From positions 202,556,001-202,620,000 of the forward strand of contig NC_086100.1 of NCBI RefSeq assembly GCF_963921235.1: a stretch of 64,000 nt of DNA. The letters run 5' to 3'. This DNA is from Mobula hypostoma. Lineage: Eukaryota. The first letter of the stretch is position 1; the number at the start of each line of letters is the position of its first letter. The position numbers and the translations under genes are program-made. Shown piece by piece: positions 1 through 11,837 of the stretch. The notes under the pieces are model-generated. The model saw nothing but the letters and a program-made list of their open reading frames with translations. It ran no database searches and was not told the origin of the DNA.

Positions 1-345
1 GCTTGTTTCCCTGCAACATCGAGGGGTGATGGGAGACAGCGATACTCGAACAGGGTTCCTTATGTCCAGTCTATTCCGCGATTTAGTTTTCGTTGCATCC
101 ATTGCAGAGATATGTTGGAAATGGAAGCAACGTTTTCAGTGCTTTCGTGGCTATCTCAGGATATTCAGCCTTGACTTTGATCCAGAATGCCAGCAGATAT
201 GTTATGTCAAACGTACTTTTCAGCCCACCGCCATTTGCAAGCTCGAGGAGTTAATGTCCTTCCGGCGCTGACATGGATGACGCGTGGGTCACGACCTCGC
301 GTGTGTTCAAGCTCAACAGTGGCTGTGACAGGGAATGAGGAAAGG
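1..345 (-). mobile_element. hAT (Charlie/Buster-type) DNA transposon remnant carrying the C-terminal dimerisation region of the transposase, internally deleted
   Basis: Manual minus-strand translation (not in the ORF track) gives LLELANGGGLKSTFDITYLLAFWIKVKAEYPEIATKALKTLLPFPTYLC, then after a frameshift AMDATKTKSRNRLDIRNPVRVSLSPITPR. This is the typical Buster/Charlie hAT C-terminus, with the EAGFS segment deleted. It is cut by the window start. Confidence 0.85.
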
Positions 346-3274
346 GAGGTTGGCTCACAAATAGAGAAAGCTTGGAGACATTGCAAAAGGGAGGATAGGC
401 AGGTGATAGAGAAGGGACGCGTTCAGACCGATGGTTTGAGATGTGTCTATTTTAATGCGAGGTGTATTATGGATAAAGCGGATGAGCTTAGAGCGTGGAT
501 CAGCACTTGGAGCTATGATGTCGTGGCCATTACAGAGACTTGGATGTTGTAGGGGCAGGAATGGCTACTTCAAGTGCCAGGATTTAGATGTTTCAGAAAG
601 GACAGGGAGGGAGGCAAAAGAGGTGGGGGCGTGGCACTGTTGATCAGAGATAGAGTCACGGCTGCAGAAAAGGAGGAAGTCATGGAGGAATTGTCTACGG
701 AATCTCTGTGGGTGGAAGTTAGGAATAGAAAGGATTCAATAAGTCTGTTGGGTGTTTTTTTTATAGACCACCCAATGGTAACAGGGACATCGAGGAGCAG
801 ATAGGGAGACAGATTCTGGAAAGGAGCAATAATAACAAGGTTGTTGTGGTGGGAGGTTTTAATTTCCCAAATATTGATTGGCATTACCCTAGAGTGAGGG
901 GTTTGGAAGGGGTGAAGTTTCTTAGTGTGTTCAGGAACGTTTCTTGACGCAATATTTAGAGGAGAGGCTGTACTTGATCTGGTACTGGGAAATGCACCTT
1001 GTCAGGTCTCTCAGTGGGAGAGTAATTTAGAGATAGTGGTCATAATTCTATCTCCTTTACCATAGCATTGGAAGGGATAGGAACAGACAAGTTAGGGAAA
1101 TATTTATTTGGAGTAAGGGGAAATATGAGGCTATCAGGCAGGACCTTGGAAGCATAAATTGGAAATAAATGTTCTCAGGGAAATGTACGGAAGAAATGTG
1201 GCAAATATTCAGGGGATATTTGCGTGGAGTTCTGCGTAGATATGTTCCAATGAGACGGAAAGGATGGTAGGGTACAGGAACTGTGGTGTACAAAGGCTGT
1301 TGTAAATCCAATCAAGAAGAAAAGAAAAACAAAAGGTTCAAAAAACTAGGTAATGATAGAGATCTAGAAGATTATAAGGCTAGCAGGAAGGAGCTTAAGA
1401 ATGAAATTAGGAGAGTCAGAAGGGGCCATGAGAAGGCCTTGGCGGACAGATTCAGGAAGACCCCAAGGCGTTCTACAAATACGTGGAAAGCAAGAGGATA
1501 AGATGTGAAAGAATAGGACCAATCAAGTGCGACAGTGGAAAAGTGTGTACAGAACCGGAAGAGATAGCAGAGATACTTAATGAATACTTTGCTTCAGTAT
1601 TCACTATGGAAAAGGATCTTGATGATTGTAGGGATGACTTACAGTGGACTGAAAAGCTTGAGCATGTAGATATTAAGGAAGAGGATATGCTGGAGCTTTT
1701 GGAAAGCCTCAAGTTGGATAAGTCACCGGGACCGGACGGGATGTACCCCAGGCTACTGTGGGAAGCGAGGGAGGAGATTGCTGAGCCTCTGGCGATGATC
1801 TTTGCATCATCAATGGGGACGGGAGAGGTTCTGGAGGATTGGAGGGTTGTAGATGTTGTTCCCTTATTCAAGAAAGGGAGTGGAGATAGCCCAGGAAATT
1901 ATAGGCCAGTGAGTCTTACTTCAGTGGTTGGTAAGTTGATGGAGAAGATCCTGAAAGGCAGGATTTATGAACATTTGGAGAGGCATGATATGATTAGGAA
2001 TAGTCAGAATGACTTTGTCAAATACAGATCGTGCCTTATGAGCCTGATTGAATTTTTTGAGGATGTAACTAAACACATTGATGAAGGAAGAGCAGTAGAT
2101 GTAGTGTATATGGATTTCAGCAAGGCATTTGAATAAGGTACCCCATGCAAGGCTTATTGAGAAAGTAAGGAGGCATGGGATCCAAGGGCACATTGCTTTG
2201 TGGATCCAGAACTGGCTTGCAAACAGAAGGCAAAGAGTGGTTGTAGACGGGTATATTCTGCGTGGAGGCCGGTGACCAGTGGTGTGCCTCAGAGATCTGT
2301 TCTGGGACCCCTTCTCTTCGTGATTTTTATAAATGACCTGGATGAGGAAGTGGAGGGATGGGTTAGTAAATTTGCTGATGACACAAAGGTTGGGGGTGTT
2401 GTGGATAGTGTGGAGGGTTGTCAGAGGTTACAGTGGGACATTGATAGGATGCAAAAGTGGGCTGAGAAGTGGCAGATGGAGTTCAACCCAGTTAAGTGTG
2501 AGGTGGTTCATTCTGGTAGGTCAAATATGATGGTAGAATATAATATTAATGGTAAGACTCTTGGCAGTGTGGAGGGTCAGACGGATCTTGGGGTCCAAGT
2601 CCATAGGACACTCAAAGCTGCTGTGCAGGTTGACTCTGTGGTTAAGAAGGCATACAGTGTATTGGCCTTCATCAATCGTGGGATTGAGTTTAAGAGCCAA
2701 GAGGTAATGTTGCAGCTATATAGGACCCTGGTCAGGCCCCACTTGGAATACTGTGCTCAATTCTGGTCGCCTCACTATAGGAAGGACGTGGAAACCATAG
2801 AGAGGGTGCAGAGGAGATTTACAAGGATGTTGCCTGGATTGGGGAGCATGCTTTATGAGAATAGGTTGAGTGAACTCGGCCTTTTCTCCTCGGAGCGACA
2901 GAGGATGAGAAGTGACCTGATAGAGGTGTACAAGATAATGAGAGGCATTGATCATGTGGATAGGCAGAGTCTTTTTCCCAGGGCTGAAATGGCTAGCACG
3001 AGAGGGAATAGTTTTAAGCTGCTTGGAAGTAGGTACAGAGGAGGTGTCGGGGTAAGTTTTTAACGCAGAGAGTGGTGAGTGCATGGAATGGGCTGTTGGC
3101 GGTGGTGGTGGAGTTGGAAATGCTCGGGTCTTTACAGAGACTCCTGGATGGACACATGAAGCTTATAAAAATAGAGGGCTATGGGTAAGCCTCAGTAGTT
3201 CTAAGGTAGCGACGTGTTCAGCACAGCTTTGTGGGCCGAAGGGTCTGTATTGTGCTGTAGGTTTTCTATGTTTC
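340..3274 (+). mobile_element. CR1 LINE copy A: nearly full-length, disrupted ORF2 (APE endonuclease + RT) with 3' UTR
   Basis: Endonuclease motifs CVYFNAR...YDVVAITETW and GGGVALLIR. RT motifs [51 protein letters not shown] and LVRPHLEYCAQFWSP. Several stops and frameshifts. Ends in the CR1-type tail gtgctgtaggttttctatgtttc. Confidence 0.95.
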
Positions 3275-3708
3275 AATCATCCTTAGTGACAAGTGAAGTG
3301 CTGGAAGATTGGAGGATAGCTAATGTTGTCCTGCTGTTTAAGAAAGGCTCTAAAACGAAACCAGATTATTATAGCTGATGGGTCTGATATCAGCAGTGTG
3401 AAATTTGTTGGAAGATAAATTTAAGGGACTGGATATATGAGTATCTGGATAGACATGGACTGATTAAACATAGCTTTGTACGTGGTATGTTATGTCTAAA
3501 CAACCTTATAGTTTTTTGAGGAAGTTACCAGGAAAGTTGATGAAGTCTGGGCAGTGGACGTTGTCTACATGGACTTCAGTAAGGCATTTGAGAAGGTCCT
3601 GCAAGAGAGGTTGATCAAGAAGTTTCGGTCACCGGGCATTCAGGATGAGCTGATAACTTGGAGTAGACATTGGCTTTGTGGGAGAAACCAGAGTGGTTGT
3701 AGATGGTC
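3275..3708 (+). mobile_element. Older CR1 RT fragment (different subfamily)
   Basis: Degenerate EDWRIANVVLLFKKG and [15 protein letters not shown] motifs; sequence is diverged from copy A. Confidence 0.85.
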
Positions 3709-4472
3709 AACTTCTTTCCCCATTCTCCTGAGCTGTGTAAGTTCTTCTGTCGCCTCTCGACTTCCTCAAAACTACCTGGCCATCCATCTATTTTCATATC
3801 GTCTGCAAACTTTGCAACAAAGCCATCAATTCCATCATCCAAATCATTGACAAATGTGTATCAGAATCCTTCCCAACACACCCCTGTGGAAGACCACTAA
3901 TCACCGGCAGCCCGCCAGAAAAGGCTCCCTTTATTCCCACCCTTTGCTTCCTGCCAATCAGCCACAGCTGTATCCATGCTAAAATCTTTCCTGTAATACC
4001 ATGGGCTCCTTGCTTGTAAGCAGCTTCATGTGTGGCACCTTGCCAAAGGACTTCTAAGAATCCAAGTACACAAAGTAAACCGATTCTCCTTTGTCTATCC
4101 TGCTTGTTGTTTCTTCAAAGCATTCCAACAGATTTGTCAGGCAAGATTTTCCCTTCAGGAAACCAGACCCTGTCCTATTTTAAACAAGAGAAAATCTGCA
4201 GATGCTGGAAATCTTGACAACACACACAAAATGCTTGAGGAACTCAGCAGGCCAGGCAGCATCTATGGAAAAAAGTACAGTCAACGTTTTGACTCTTTTC
4301 CATAGATGCTGCCTGGCCTGCTGTGTTCCTCCAGCATTTTGTGTGTGTGGCCTATTTTATGATGTTGCTCCAAGTACCCTGAGAGCTCCAACAGTCAGCT
4401 CCAACCACTGAGGTCAGAGTAATTGGCCTATAAATTCCTTTCTTCTGCCTCTCTACTTTCTTGAAGAGAGGA
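3709..4472 (-). mobile_element. Minus-strand CR1 RT fragment, interrupted at 4183-4347
   Basis: Minus ORF 3615-3842 contains DDGIDGFVAKFADDMKIDG. CR1-like sequence continues on both sides of the insert. Confidence 0.85.
4183..4347. mobile_element. Short fold-back element resembling Penelope-type terminal repeats, with a ~12-bp target-site duplication
   Basis: 57-bp inverted arms at 4220-4276 and 4292-4348 with 3 mismatches and a 15-nt loop. Flanks are tgtcctatttta (4171-4182) and tggcctatttta (4348-4359). The family assignment comes from recalled elasmobranch repeats and was not searched. Confidence 0.7.
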
Positions 4473-6488
4473 GAAGAAAAGAAAAGCTTACCAAAGGTTC
4501 ACAAAACTAGGTAACGATAGAGATGTAGAAGATTATAAGGCTAGCAGGAAGGAGCTTAAGAATGAAATGGGAAGGCCTTGGCGGACAGGATTAAGGAAAA
4601 CCCCAAGGCATTCTACAAGTATGTGAAGAGCAAGAGGATAAGACATGAGAGAATAGGACCTATCAAATGTGGCAGTGGAAAAATGTGTATGGAACTGGAG
4701 GAGATAGCAGAGGTACTTAATGAATATTTGCTTCAGTATTCACTACGGAAAAGGATCTTGGCAATTGTGGGGATGATTTACAGCGGACTGAAAAGCTTGA
4801 GCATGTAGATATTAAGAAAGAGGATGTGTTGGAGCTTTTGGAAAGCATCAAGTCAGAGAAGCCACTGAGAATGGAACCAGATGTACCCCAGGCTACTGTG
4901 GGAGGCGAGGGAGGAGAATGCTGAACCTCTGGCAATAATCTTTGCATCATCAATGGGGACGGGAGAGGTTCCAGAGGATTGGAGGGTTGCGGATGTTGTT
5001 CCCTTATTCAAGAAGGGGAGTAGAGATAGCCCGAGTAATTATAGACCAATGAGTCTTACTTCAGTGGTTGTTAAGTTGATGGAGAAGATCCTGAGAGGCA
5101 GGATTTATGAACATTTGGAGAGGTATAATATGATTAGGAATAGTCAGCATGGCTTTGTCAAAGGCAGGTTATGCCTTACAAGCCTGATTGAATTTTTTGA
5201 GAATGTGACTAAACACATTGATGAAGGAAGAGCGGTAGATGTAGTGTACGGTATATGGATTTCAGCAAGGCATTTGATAAGGTACCCCATGCAAGGCTTA
5301 TTGAGAAAGTAAGGAGGCATGGGATCCAAGGGCACATTGCTTTGTGGATCCAGAACTGGCTTGCCCACAGAAGGCAAAGAGTGGTTGTAGATGGGTCATA
5401 TTCTGCATGGAGGTCGGTGACCAGTGGTGTGCCTCAGGGATCTGTTCTGGGACCCCTACTCTTTGAGTTTTATAAATGACCTGGATGAGGAATTGGAGGG
5501 ATGGGTTAGTAAATTTGCTGACACAAAGGTTGGGGGTGTTGTGGATAGTGTGGAGGGCTGTCAGAGGTTACAGTGGGACATTGATAGGATGCAAAACTGT
5601 TCTGAGAAGTGGCAGATGGAGTTCAACACAGATAAGTGTGAGATGGTTCATTTTGGTAGGTCAACTATGATGGCAGAATATAGTATTAATGGTAAGACTC
5701 TTGGCAGTGTGGAGGATCAGAGGGATCTTGGGGTCCAAGTCCATAGGACGCTCAAAGCTGCTGTGCGGGTTGACTCTGTGGTTAAGAAGGCATATGGTGC
5801 ATTGGCCTTCATCAATCGTGGGTTTGAATTTAGGAGCCGAGAGGTAATGTTACAGCTCCATAGGACCCTGGTAAGGCCCCACTTGGAGTACTGTGCTCAG
5901 TTCTGGTCGCCTCACTACAGGAAGGATATGGAAACCATAGAAAGGGTACAGAGGAGATTTACAAGGATGTTGCCTGGATTTGGGAGCATGCCTTATGAGA
6001 AAAGGTTGAGTGAACCCGACCTTTTCTCCTTGGAGCGACGGAGGATGAGAGGTGACTTGATAGAGGTGTATAAGATGATGAGAAACATTGATCGTGTGGA
6101 TAGTCAGAGGCTTTTTCCCCAGGGCTAAAATGGCTAGCACAGGAGGGCACAGTTTTAAAAGTAGTTGGAATTAGGTACAGAGGAGATGTCTGTGATAAGT
6201 CTTTTGTGCAGAGAGTGGTGAGTGCATGGAATGGGCTGCCGGCGACGGTGCTGGGGGTGGATATGATAGTCTTTTAAGATTCTCTTGGACATAGTCATAG
6301 TCATAGTTTATTGATCCCGGGTGAAGTTGGTTAAATTTCCATGTTAAAGCTCCATGTACATGGAGCTTAGAAAAATAGAGGGCTATGGGTAACCCTCAAT
6401 AATTTCTAAGGTAAGGACATGCTTGGGACAGCATTGTGGGCTGAAGGAGCTGTATTGTGCTGTAGGTTTTCTATGTTTTATGTTTCTA
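4471..6488 (+). mobile_element. CR1 LINE copy B, 5'-truncated, same subfamily as copy A
   Basis: [55 protein letters not shown]; frameshifted; same 3' tail (ttttctatgttttatgtttcta). Confidence 0.95.
6290..6333 (-). mobile_element. Very short 3' tip of a Rex1-type LINE with a (ctatga)n tail, inserted in the CR1-B 3' region
   Basis: catagtcatagtcatagtttattgatcccgg is approximately the reverse complement of the tail ccgggatcagtaaagtatgactatgactgtgac at ~12762-12795. Confidence 0.75.
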
Positions 6489-6568
6489 ACTGTAGGAATG
6501 GTGATGTTCAACACTAAGCTGTACTCAATAAACAGCATCCTGGCAAATGTACTTGTATTGTCCCGGTG

Positions 6569-9355
6569 CCTATCAGCTTGTTCAGGTCAGACTCTGCTGA
6601 ACATCGGGAAGCTGGCATTTACCCATGAAGTACCACCTTTTCTACACCGGGAACCCCTGCTTACGAGATCAGTAAGAGGCTCATTTATCACAGCACCGCC
6701 ACGGCAGAAGTGGCACCGGAGGTGAGGGAGAGAGGCCGGCGTCCTGATGAGGTTGAGATGGCGTACTAATGGGCCACTGCTCCCTCGCATACTCCTGGTT
6801 TACTTTCAGTCCCTGGACAGTAAGCTGTGGGAACTGAGAGCCAGAATCTCTTATCAGCGGGAAACAAAGGAATGTAACGTTTTCTGCTTTGTGTAGACCT
6901 GGCTGACGGAGGAGATACCGGATCACCATATACCATATCCGGGTGGACAGTTCAAAAACCTCTCTGGGAAGAGTAAAGGAGGAGGGGTATGATTCACGGT
7001 CAATAATGTTTGGTGCGACCCCTGGAATGTGCAAGCCCTCAAATCCTTTTATTCCCCAGATCTGGAGTACCTGGTGCTGCTGTGTAGGCCTTTCTGGCTG
7101 CCCAGGAAGGTCACAGCTGATATCATAACAGCAGTGTACATTCCACTGCAGGCTGACACTGACCTGGCTCTCAAGGAACTGTACGAGGCCATCAACATGC
7201 TGGAGACTGCACACCCAGAGGCTGCCCTCATCGTTGTTGGTGACTTTAATAGATCGTCGCTCTCTAAAGTCTCTCCAAAATTTTGCCAACACATCCAGGT
7301 GAAGACGTGAGATAGCACACTCAACCACTGCTACTCTCCCCTTCTGCAATGTTTACAAAATGCCCCTCTGTCCACCGTTTAGAAAATCAGATCAATCATC
7401 CATCTTGCTTCTGCTGAGGTACAGGCAGCAGCTGAAACAAGAGGCGGTCATAGTTAAAACCATCCAGTTGGTCCTACGCCACAGGACTGCTTTGATGACC
7501 TCTTCCATGATGAGGATGTCTCCGAGTTTACAGAAGGGGTCACGAGCTTCATCCAGAAGTGCATCGAGGATGTTGTCCCCCAGAAATCGGTCAGGGTCTA
7601 CCCAAACCAGAAACCCTGGATCAACAGTTCTGTGCGAGCAGCACTTATCGCGCGAGACAGAGCTGACATTGCCAGTAATCAGCAGGAGCCTCAAGAAATG
7701 CAGCTACGATCTGTGCAAAGTCATGAAGGCAGTGAAATGACAATACAGGGACAAGATCCAGACACAACTCTCCACCGACAACACACGCAGCTTATGCAAG
7801 GTCTGCACCTCATCGCAGACTTCAAAGCTAAGCACAGTGGTGCTGCCAACATCACTGCCTCTCTCCCAGATGAGCTAAATCTTTTTTACGCTTCATTCGA
7901 TGTCGCCAACACTGAGCCCCCGAGGAGAGCCGCTGATGCGACCTGCACCTTGGTCGTCTCTGAGGCTGAGGTACGCAGATGTTTCCAACGAGTGGACAGT
8001 CACAAGGCCGCGGGACTGGACGGCATCTCAGGGCGGGTACACAGGATGTGCTTGGCACAACTGGCAGGTGTATTTACAGACATTTTTAATCTCTCCCTCT
8101 CCCAGTGTAGAGTGCCCTCCTGCTTCAAAACATCCACCGTTATTCCTGTACCTAGGAAGACCAAGGTAACATGTCTGAACGACTGGCATCCTGTCACACT
8201 CACCTCGATAGTAAGCAACCACTTTGAGAGGCTGGTCAAGGATTACATCTGCAGCTTGCTACCACCCACACTGGGCCCCCTACAATTCGCCTACCGACAC
8301 AACCGATCGACAGATGACGCAATAGCCTCTGTTCTACACACCGTCCTTACACTTCTGGAGAAGAAGGATGCTTATGTGAGAATGCTGTTCTTGAATGACA
8401 ATTCAGCATTCAACACCATAATTTCCTCCAGGCTCGACAAGAAGCTCAGAGACCTCAGTCTTCAGCCTACCTTGTACAGCTGATTCCTGTACACTGCTCC
8501 AATCTGTTAATTAAACTTGCTGACGACACTACACTGATTGACCTATTCTCAAATAATAATGTGGCAGCCTACAGAGATGAAGTCATCACCCTGACACAGT
8601 GGTGTCAAGAAAACAACTTCTCCCTCAACATTGCAAAAACAAAGGAGCTGGTTGTGGACTCCAGGAGGAATGGAGATGGGCTAGCCCTTATTGACATTAA
8701 TGAATCTGGGGTTGAGAGGGTGAACAGCTCTAAGTTCCTTGGCATACAATACACCGAGGATCTCACGTGATCTGTACGTACCAGCTGGGTCATGAAAAAA
8801 GCACAACAGCACCTCTTTCACCTCAGACATTTGAAGAAGTTTGTCATGAGTCTCCAAATCCTAAGAACTTTCTACAGGGGAACAATAGAGAGCATCCTGA
8901 CTGGCTGCATCACTGCCTGGTATGGGAACTGTACTTCCCTCAATCGCAGGACTCTGCAGAGAGTGGTGCGGACAGCCCAGCACATCTGTAGATGTGAACT
9001 TCCCACTATTCAGGGCATTTACAAAGACAGGTGTGTAAAAAGGGCCCAAAAGATCATTGGGGAATAGTGTTATCCCAACCACAAACTGTTCCTGCTGCTA
9101 CCGTCCAGGAAACGGTACCGCAGCATAAAAGCCAGGACCAACAGGCTCCGGGACAGCTTCTTCCACCAGGCCATCAGACTGATTAATTCATACTGATACA
9201 GTTGTATTTCTATGTTATAATGAGTATCCCATCGTACATATTATTTAGTACAAATTACTATAAATTGCACACTGCACATTTAGATGGAGATGTAACATAA
9301 AGATTTTTACTCCTCATGTATGTGAAGGATGTAAGAAATATGGTTAATTCAATTC
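6569..9355 (+). mobile_element. Rex1/Babar LINE, near full-length but disrupted, with an internal RT deletion
   Basis: AGVLMRLRWR...SLDSKLWELRARISYQRE; SPDLEYLVLLCRPFWLPR...IVVGDFN; KAAGLDGISGR...LQFAYRHNRSTDDAI; KKAQQHLFHLRHLKKF...FYRGTIESILTGCITAWYG. The PQG motif region is missing near 8487. AT-rich 3' UTR ends in aattcaattc. Confidence 0.92.
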
Positions 9356-9516
9356 TATGCTAAGGCTGCATGAAAAGCCAATAAGATCGTGTCTGCTATT
9401 GACCGATTATGGAAATAGGCAAATTGCAGTGGGTCCAGATCCTGGCTGAGGAAGGAGTTGATTCTAGCCATAGCTAACATTTCAAAACACTTCATCACCA
9501 TAGATTGAGTGCTACT

Positions 9517-10298
9517 TTGGAAGGACAAACCAACGTAGAACATACAGGGTTAATGGTAAGGCACTGAGGAGTGCAGTGGAACAGAGGGATCTGGGAATAC
9601 AGATACAAAATTCCCTAAAAGTGGCATCACAGGTTGATAGGGTCGAAAAGAGAGCTTTTGGTCCATTGGCCTTTATTAATCAAAGTATTGAGTATAAGAG
9701 CTGGAATGTTATGATGAGGTTGTATAAGGCATTGGTGAGGCCGAATCTGGAGTATTGTGTTCAGTTTTGGTCACCAAATTACAGGAAGGATATAAATAAG
9801 GTTGAAAGAGTGCAGAGAAGGTTTACAAGGATGTTGCCGGGACTTGAGAAACTCAGTTACAGAGAAAGGTTGAATAGGTTGGGACTTTATTCCCTGGAGC
9901 GTAGAAGAATGAGGGGAGATTTGATAGAGGTATATAAAATTATGATGGGTATAGATAGAGTGAATTCAAGCAGGCTTTTTCCACTGAGGCAAGGGGAGAA
10001 AAAAACCAGAGGACATGGGTTTAGGGTGAGGGGGAAAAGTTTAAAGGGAACATTGGGGGGGCTTCTTCACACAGAGAGTAGTGGGAGTATGGAATGAGCT
10101 GCCAGACGAGGTGGTAAATGGTAAATGGTTTTTTAACACTTAAGAATAAATTGGACAGATACATGGATGGGAGGTGTATGGAGGGATATGGTCCGTGTGC
10201 AGGTCAGTGGGACTAGGCAGAAAATGGTTCGGCACAGCCAAGAAGGGCCAAAAGGCCTGTTTCTGTGCTGTAGTTTCTATGGTATGGTTTCTATGGTT
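9517..10298 (+). mobile_element. 5'-truncated CR1 (third subfamily) inserted in the minus-strand Rex1
   Basis: EQRDLGIQI...LVRPNLEYCVQFWSP...RRRMRGDLIEVYKIM; tail tttctatggtatggtttctatggtt; host resumes after a 'tact' duplication. Confidence 0.92.
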
Positions 10299-10469
10299 AC
10301 TGGACGATCATCATTAAGGCAGCTCACCCTGCTGTTCTTGAGTACCAGAGTAACTGTTGCCCTTTTGAAGCAGGGAGGAACTTCTGACTATAGTAATGAG
10401 AAATTGAAAATGTCTTTGAACACCCCCACCAGTTGGTTGGCAAAGGTTAACAGGTACTCTATCGAAGCC

Positions 10470-10927
10470 GGTGGTAGAAATGGTTAGAGCCTCTGTACGA
10501 TGGGATACTTGACCATTCTGGAGCAACTGGACATAAGACTACTGATGTGAGTCGAGTATAACCTTGGGTGATCAGTGCAGAGCTGGGAATTCAAATAAAC
10601 AGGATATTCAGCCCCTGGGACCAGGAGGGAGGAAGCAACTGAGGGTAAATCGTGAGCCCTGATAACAGGGAACAAAGAGGACTGTTAGGCTCGTACTGAG
10701 AGATAATTGACATGTCTTTTAAATGATTGATCATGTACTGACTGTGGGATGCCAAACAAAGTTATGTGAAGTTGTTTGTCTTGCAGCATAATTATGAGCT
10801 TGGTATAACCTGAAAATCAGAGTTCTGGTGGTGGCGGAGACTGCTGCAGACTCTCCATGATATCATGTTAATAAGCTCTTAAAACAAATCTCGAAGTCAC
10901 TCTGGTGTTCTTTGTGTTTCCACGACA
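10470..10927 (+). mobile_element. Probable solo LTR (~460 bp)
   Basis: Non-LINE insert interrupting the Rex1 host. The start ggtggtagaaa matches the reverse complement of the end tttccacgaca at 8 of 11 positions. TATAA near 10804 and an AATAA(g) signal near 10870. No clean target-site duplication. Confidence 0.6.
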
Positions 10928-11312
10928 GGGCGGGTTAGGGTTCACTTTGTGAGGGTTCACCCTTTTGAAAGCCTGACGTCAGCCTCCAAGACAGAGATCA
11001 CAGTGTCACCCGGTGCTGTAGGGATCCTCATAGCTGTAACTTTATTCTCCCTTTCAAAGCCAGCATAAAAGGCATTGAGTTCGTCTTGGAGTAAAGCATC
11101 ACCACCATTCATGATTTGTTGGGTTTCTCTTTGTAGGAAGTAATGGACTGCAATCCCTGCCAGAGTTGATGTGCATCCAATGTCACCTCCAGCCTTGCAC
11201 GGAATTGTTCCTTCACTCTTGAAATAGCCCGCCGCAAGTCGTACCTGGCTTTCTTGTACAGACCTGGGTCACCAGACTTGAATGCCACAGATCTAGCCCT
11301 CAACAGATGACT

Positions 11313-11400
11313 ATAGGAGGAAGAGGGATGTTCTGTTGAAGTTTATAAGATGTCAGTGTGGCCTAATTTGGAGAATTGTGTGCAGTTTCAGTCACCTACC
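11313..11400 (+). mobile_element. ~90-bp CR1 shard
   Basis: Closely resembles 12190-12273 (gggatgttctgttgaagtttataaga...cctaatttggag...tttcagtca). Confidence 0.75.
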
Positions 11401-11788
11401 TGGTTCATCCAGGACATTTGATTTAGGTATGCACAATAAGTTCTTATGGGCACACCCTCATCCTCACAGCTTTAATGAAATCAGTGACAGCTGCGGCAGT
11501 CTCACTCAGACTCAAAGCTGAATCCCTGAATACAGTCCAGTCCACTGATTCAAAGCAGTCCTGTAGGCGCTCCTTGTCCGTACCTTCTTGGTCCTCACTA
11601 CTGATGCTGTGGTCTTCAGTCTCTGCCTATACTTAGGAGTAAAAGTACAGGCAAAGTGTGGGGGTGTAAGTGCTCTTAATGGTGGTGTACCAATGGTCCA
11701 CTGTGTTGGTTCCTCTGGTTCTACAAGTCATTTGTTGTTAATAATTATTTTTGCTGGCCTGGTTTTCAAGCTAGCACATTGCGGGTCT

Positions 11789-11837
11789 GTGGTATAATCC
11801 CTTCAGAGTGATTGGCACTCTGAAGGGATTATACCAC
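11789..11837. repeat. Perfect 22-bp inverted repeat with a 5-nt loop
   Basis: gtggtataatcccttcagagtg-attgg-cactctgaagggattataccac. Confidence 0.95.

Larger units (their letters stand above)
6489..11765 (-). mobile_element. Old minus-strand Rex1/Babar LINE split into five pieces (about 11400-11765, 10928-11312, 10298-10469, 9356-9516, 6489-6568)
   Basis: The pieces read colinearly on the minus strand: LRARSVAFKSGDPGLYKKARYDLRRAI; VFKDIFNFSLL*SEVPPCFKRATV...SCLNDDRPV; MVMKCFEMLAMARINSFLSQDLDPLQFAYFHNRSIADTI; HRDNTSTFARMLFIEYS. Confidence 0.8.

Noticed and set aside
3275..4472. Twin-priming inversion of a single CR1
   Set aside because: The opposed fragments cover overlapping RT regions and differ in subfamily ([12 protein letters not shown] type versus GIDGFVAKFADD type), so they are separate insertions.
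1310..6488. CR1-A and CR1-B as a local segmental duplication
   Set aside because: Similarity stops at the element ends, the flanks differ and each copy has private lesions. Independent insertions are the simpler explanation.
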